A stretch of 62,712 bases of DNA, filler included, from a candidate division NPL-UPA2 bacterium Unc8 (GTDB lineage Bacteria; NPL-UPA2), in assembly GCA_003574845.1 (NCBI GenBank). It is 3 parts of 3 records of this genome, joined end to end, with 100 filler letters (N's around TTAATTAATTAA, not from the genome) between each part and the next. Parts side by side here need not be neighbours in the genome. Positions count along the whole stretch, not along the records: positions 38,996 to 62,712 come from NDHY01000012.1; 2 more parts are not named here. The stretch is one strand, 5' to 3'. Made by a program: the position numbers and the translations under genes. The notes under the pieces were generated by a model. The model made no database searches. It was not told the DNA's origin and saw nothing but the letters and a program-made list of their open reading frames with translations. Position 1 is the stretch's first letter. Each line of letters begins with the position of its first letter. Of the stretch, positions 59,623-62,712 are shown piece by piece.

Positions 59623-62553
59623 CTAAAACTCAAATACTAATTGCGTTAGGAACTCATTATTGGCTATACTGCCTCCACCGGTAGTTTCATCGTTCCTATG
59701 ATGTTCAACTATCAGATTGATATTCTCTCCTACACCGGCAATGAGCCCCAGAGTAAGTCTTTCTCGGTCCCAGGAGGCAGGATTGGCAGGTAACTTTGGC
59801 CATTCCACCTCTAAAGTTTCATATCTCAGGAAAGGCGTAAGTGAGTGCCACATTTCTATCTCATATGCCGCTGAGAAAAGAAGACTATCCCGCTCAAGGA
59901 CACCATCTCTCATCCATGCCGATTCTCCTTTTAAGGTGAGTCCATTGCGAGTGAAAACTGCTCGGGTGCCGTGGCGGCGCATACTCCGGTAAGAAGAAGC
60001 ATACCCGTGTAATTCTCTTGTTAAAACGCCTATATCGGCATTACTTAATTCACCCCAGAAACCAAATCTTGTTATCTGAAGACCCCTATACTCTATTCCC
60101 AAATCAATACCCCATTCGGGATGGCCGCCTTTTTTCCCTGCATTGCGGGCATCATAGAGCATTCCAAACTGATTATCTACTCCAACACCCCTTGTTCCCA
60201 GTTGAAGACCTTCACCAACGGAAATTCCCAATGCAAGAAAGGCAACTCTATTCTCCAGCGCCACCCGAGCTGCTTCTCCTTCCCATATAGCTGTCTCCAG
60301 GAAGGATGGAACCGCCCCTTTCCGCCGAGGAGCGGCACCTCTATCATCAAGACCGAGAGATATCAAGGAGTTGACCTCAAACTCCCATCCTGCTGCCAGT
60401 TGGATGATGCGCCTTATCTCATCTATTTGAGGTTCAAGAGGCAGCTCATCAAAGTAAACCATAAATTTATCTACTCTTGCTTCATCTTCATTAAATCCTA
60501 ACTCTGCCATAAGAGAGACGCCATGATTGGCAAAAGTTATTTCCGGTTTAAGAACAAACCTATCCAGATAAAATCGGCCGTCGGGTTTTTTGGCGTCTCT
60601 TCCCGCATCCAAGTATCCAAATGATAGTTTTCCTCCTAAAGTAATGTCTGCTCCTATGAGGTAGATTGGAGGCAGCTCCCCGGTTCGGATTCTTCCTTCT
60701 ACTTGCGGGCGCACCTTTCCCCCGGTAACTCTTACAGGTAATATTGCATTATCATCCTCGGGCATATTAACGGCGACATTCTCTGTAACAGTTAAGAATC
60801 GCTCCAGGAGCCAGGCAACCTGCGGGTCCTCTATCCCAGCAACAGGGTCATCGTCAAAAACACTTCCTTCTACTCCGCGCCTTCTCCAGAATAGCACTCC
60901 GGGTTCTTTTCTAATCGCAAGTAATGCTGCTTCTCTTACCGGTTCCAGGATGGAGGGAAACTCAGGCATTTCTATTTTTTTCTCAACAAGTTCAAGGAGA
61001 ACTTCTCTGGCATATTCTGCAATATCGGGACGGGCAGGGATGTGGTCAATATGATGGGTAGTTATATGCAAAAGCCCTCTCTCACGGTCAAGCTCAAAAA
61101 ACCTTGCTCCCACGAGAGGATAAGTAACGGGTGCACCGGTGGTAATATGCCAGACATTGTTTCTTTTCATAATATCCTGCAGGTGAAAATGGCCGCTCAA
61201 GACAAGCGGGACATTAAATTCCTCTAAGATAGAACTCACTTTTAGTTTATCCTCAACTCCAAACCCATGACCACCCACGCCCCAGAGTAGCGGGAAATCC
61301 TCCTTATCCCAGAAAGGAATGTTGTGAGAAACAATTGGTTGGTGCAGCATTACAATCACAAACTCTGAGTTGTCCCGGGCGCCTTTGAGTTCATCTCTAA
61401 GCCAGACGCGCTGCTCCTCGCCAACCTCCCATCTGAAGAATCGTTCATCCGGACAGTGGTGATGGGGATAAGCATAAAGAGCAATTAATCTGATTCCAGG
61501 AACTACTTCCACACTATAAAATGGCATCTCCCCGGGCCCCCAGTAGTCAGCATAGAGCATAGGCAACTCATCATAGCCAACAAGGTCGGCTTCGGGATTT
61601 ATTATCGGCACACCTGTCCAGAAACACTCTAAAGCAAATGCAACTGTATCATGGTTTCCTCCCACAACATAGGTTGGAGCATTAATTTTGGGAAGCATCT
61701 CCAGTAATTTTTCGTGGTTGTAACGCTCTGAATCTATTGTAAGGTCGGCTAGTATGAGCACAAAATCCAGCATGGGGATGGCATTGACCTTCTTGACTGC
61801 CTCTAAAAAGAGTTCTACGCTCTTACGATATATTGGGTCACCAGCGTATGGAAAGAATACCCCCTCTGGCCAATCAGGTGGAATAATTGAAATATGCGGG
61901 TCGGCAATAACGGCAAAGCGGACGGGCTTTCGCCACTCTTCTACTTTTCTTATATAGGTGAGCAGTGCATCGTGGATGAAGATATCGGTTCTATGAACTT
62001 TCTTTGCTTTTTCTCTCAACATCGTCCATCCATACCCCCCTGTTGACAAAAAATCATTGGTTGCAACAGTGTAGACTTTATCCGACTTTAAAGATTCTCC
62101 TCCAATGGTAATCTTAATCAGTCGTTCACCGGGAAGACGGGCAGGGTTAAAAATAAAACTCATTCCCGATACTTGAGGGAAGCCGCCAAAAGGGGAAGGA
62201 TATTGACCGATGCCGACTTCTATTGCTTCTCTTATTACCCTACCGGTTAATTCAAGGACTACAATGCGGTGTCCAAATGGAAGAGCTCTAAGTACACAAG
62301 CCCGGGTAATCGGTCCTTTATTTATACTTCCCCCAATGCCGCCGCCATGATGAATGGCAATGTCGGCGTCTACTTCTTTCCTGATTACATCGGCAATCAG
62401 GTTGCCGAGATTGGTCTCTCTTGTGAATGTATCTGCCCGTTCCCCTATAAGGTCAAACTGTGCTTCCCCAATTACTTCTGTCTCTGAAGATGCAGCAGAT
62501 GTTCCTAATGCCAATATTACTACAATTGCTGGCAATAAAGGCTTCATTGTCAT
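59623..62553 (-). CDS. Secreted fusion: 5'-nucleotidase C domain + metallophosphoesterase + putative OM beta-barrel
   Basis: Signal peptide; RETNLGNLIAD/FPQVSG/TNDFL; ADPH, GNHD, SGHFH; C-terminal strands ending LVFEF. Confidence 0.75.
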   Translation of the reverse strand: MTMKPLLPAIVVILALGTSAASSETEVIGEAQFDLIGERADTFTRETNLGNLIADVIRKEVDADIAIHHGGGIGGSINKGPITRACVLRALPFGHRIVVLELTGRVIREAIEVGIGQYPSPFGGFPQVSGMSFIFNPARLPGERLIKITIGGESLKSDKVYTVATNDFLSTGGYGWTMLREKAKKVHRTDIFIHDALLTYIRKVEEWRKPVRFAVIADPHISIIPPDWPEGVFFPYAGDPIYRKSVELFLEAVKKVNAIPMLDFVLILADLTIDSERYNHEKLLEMLPKINAPTYVVGGNHDTVAFALECFWTGVPIINPEADLVGYDELPMLYADYWGPGEMPFYSVEVVPGIRLIALYAYPHHHCPDERFFRWEVGEEQRVWLRDELKGARDNSEFVIVMLHQPIVSHNIPFWDKEDFPLLWGVGGHGFGVEDKLKVSSILEEFNVPLVLSGHFHLQDIMKRNNVWHITTGAPVTYPLVGARFFELDRERGLLHITTHHIDHIPARPDIAEYAREVLLELVEKKIEMPEFPSILEPVREAALLAIRKEPGVLFWRRRGVEGSVFDDDPVAGIEDPQVAWLLERFLTVTENVAVNMPEDDNAILPVRVTGGKVRPQVEGRIRTGELPPIYLIGADITLGGKLSFGYLDAGRDAKKPDGRFYLDRFVLKPEITFANHGVSLMAELGFNEDEARVDKFMVYFDELPLEPQIDEIRRIIQLAAGWEFEVNSLISLGLDDRGAAPRRKGAVPSFLETAIWEGEAARVALENRVAFLALGISVGEGLQLGTRGVGVDNQFGMLYDARNAGKKGGHPEWGIDLGIEYRGLQITRFGFWGELSNADIGVLTRELHGYASSYRSMRRHGTRAVFTRNGLTLKGESAWMRDGVLERDSLLFSAAYEIEMWHSLTPFLRYETLEVEWPKLPANPASWDRERLTLGLIAGVGENINLIVEHHRNDETTGGGSIANNEFLTQLVFEF

Positions 62554-62559
62554 TCCTCC

Positions 62560-62646
62560 AATGGTGAATGGTAAATGGTCAATGGTCTATGGTCAATAGT
62601 CAATGGTAAATGGTCACTACTCACTACTTACCAATTTTCAATTTCA
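62560..62646. repeat. AATGGTC-type heptamer array with short inverted arm
   Basis: About 8 tandem units; similar arrays near 24836 and 49367. Confidence 0.85.
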
Positions 62647-62712
62647 TCTCTCTCGTAAGTATTCAGTGAACACGTTATTCTTGGTAGCCGCAGGCTTCAG
62701 CCTGCGCCGAAG

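Overview
Chromosomal window (three contigs joined by N-spacers carrying a TTAATTAATTAA linker) from a diderm bacterium (lptB and an lptD-like gene), probably an anaerobic candidate-phylum MAG. Core content: fadD, ROK kinase, archaeal-type aromatic pathway genes (ADH synthase, DHQ synthase II, tyrA), a GbsR-like regulator with rfbDACB (rfbB carries a 365-aa intein), GH4, PGI/PMI, a soluble PTS set, hxlA-RraA, pyk, pdxA, a 9-gene Na+-type V/A-ATPase operon, ispDF, larC, tsaD, ctpA, grpE-dnaK-dnaJ, rnz, manC and six tRNAs. Two eroded accessory islands (about 9.1-13.4 kb and 31.0-35.0 kb) are packed with toxin-antitoxin/nucleotidyltransferase cassettes and short fragments of polysaccharide, sulfate and radical-SAM genes. 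The second island keeps an intact Cys-containing RiPP-like precursor peptide. The window is also full of 7-8 bp tandem repeats (some in frame inside genes) and 18-30 bp palindromes (one triple-nested), with two RAYT transposases. At the right end is an unusual 5'-nucleotidase-C / metallophosphoesterase / outer-membrane-barrel fusion. All family calls come from motif recognition by eye; no searches were run.
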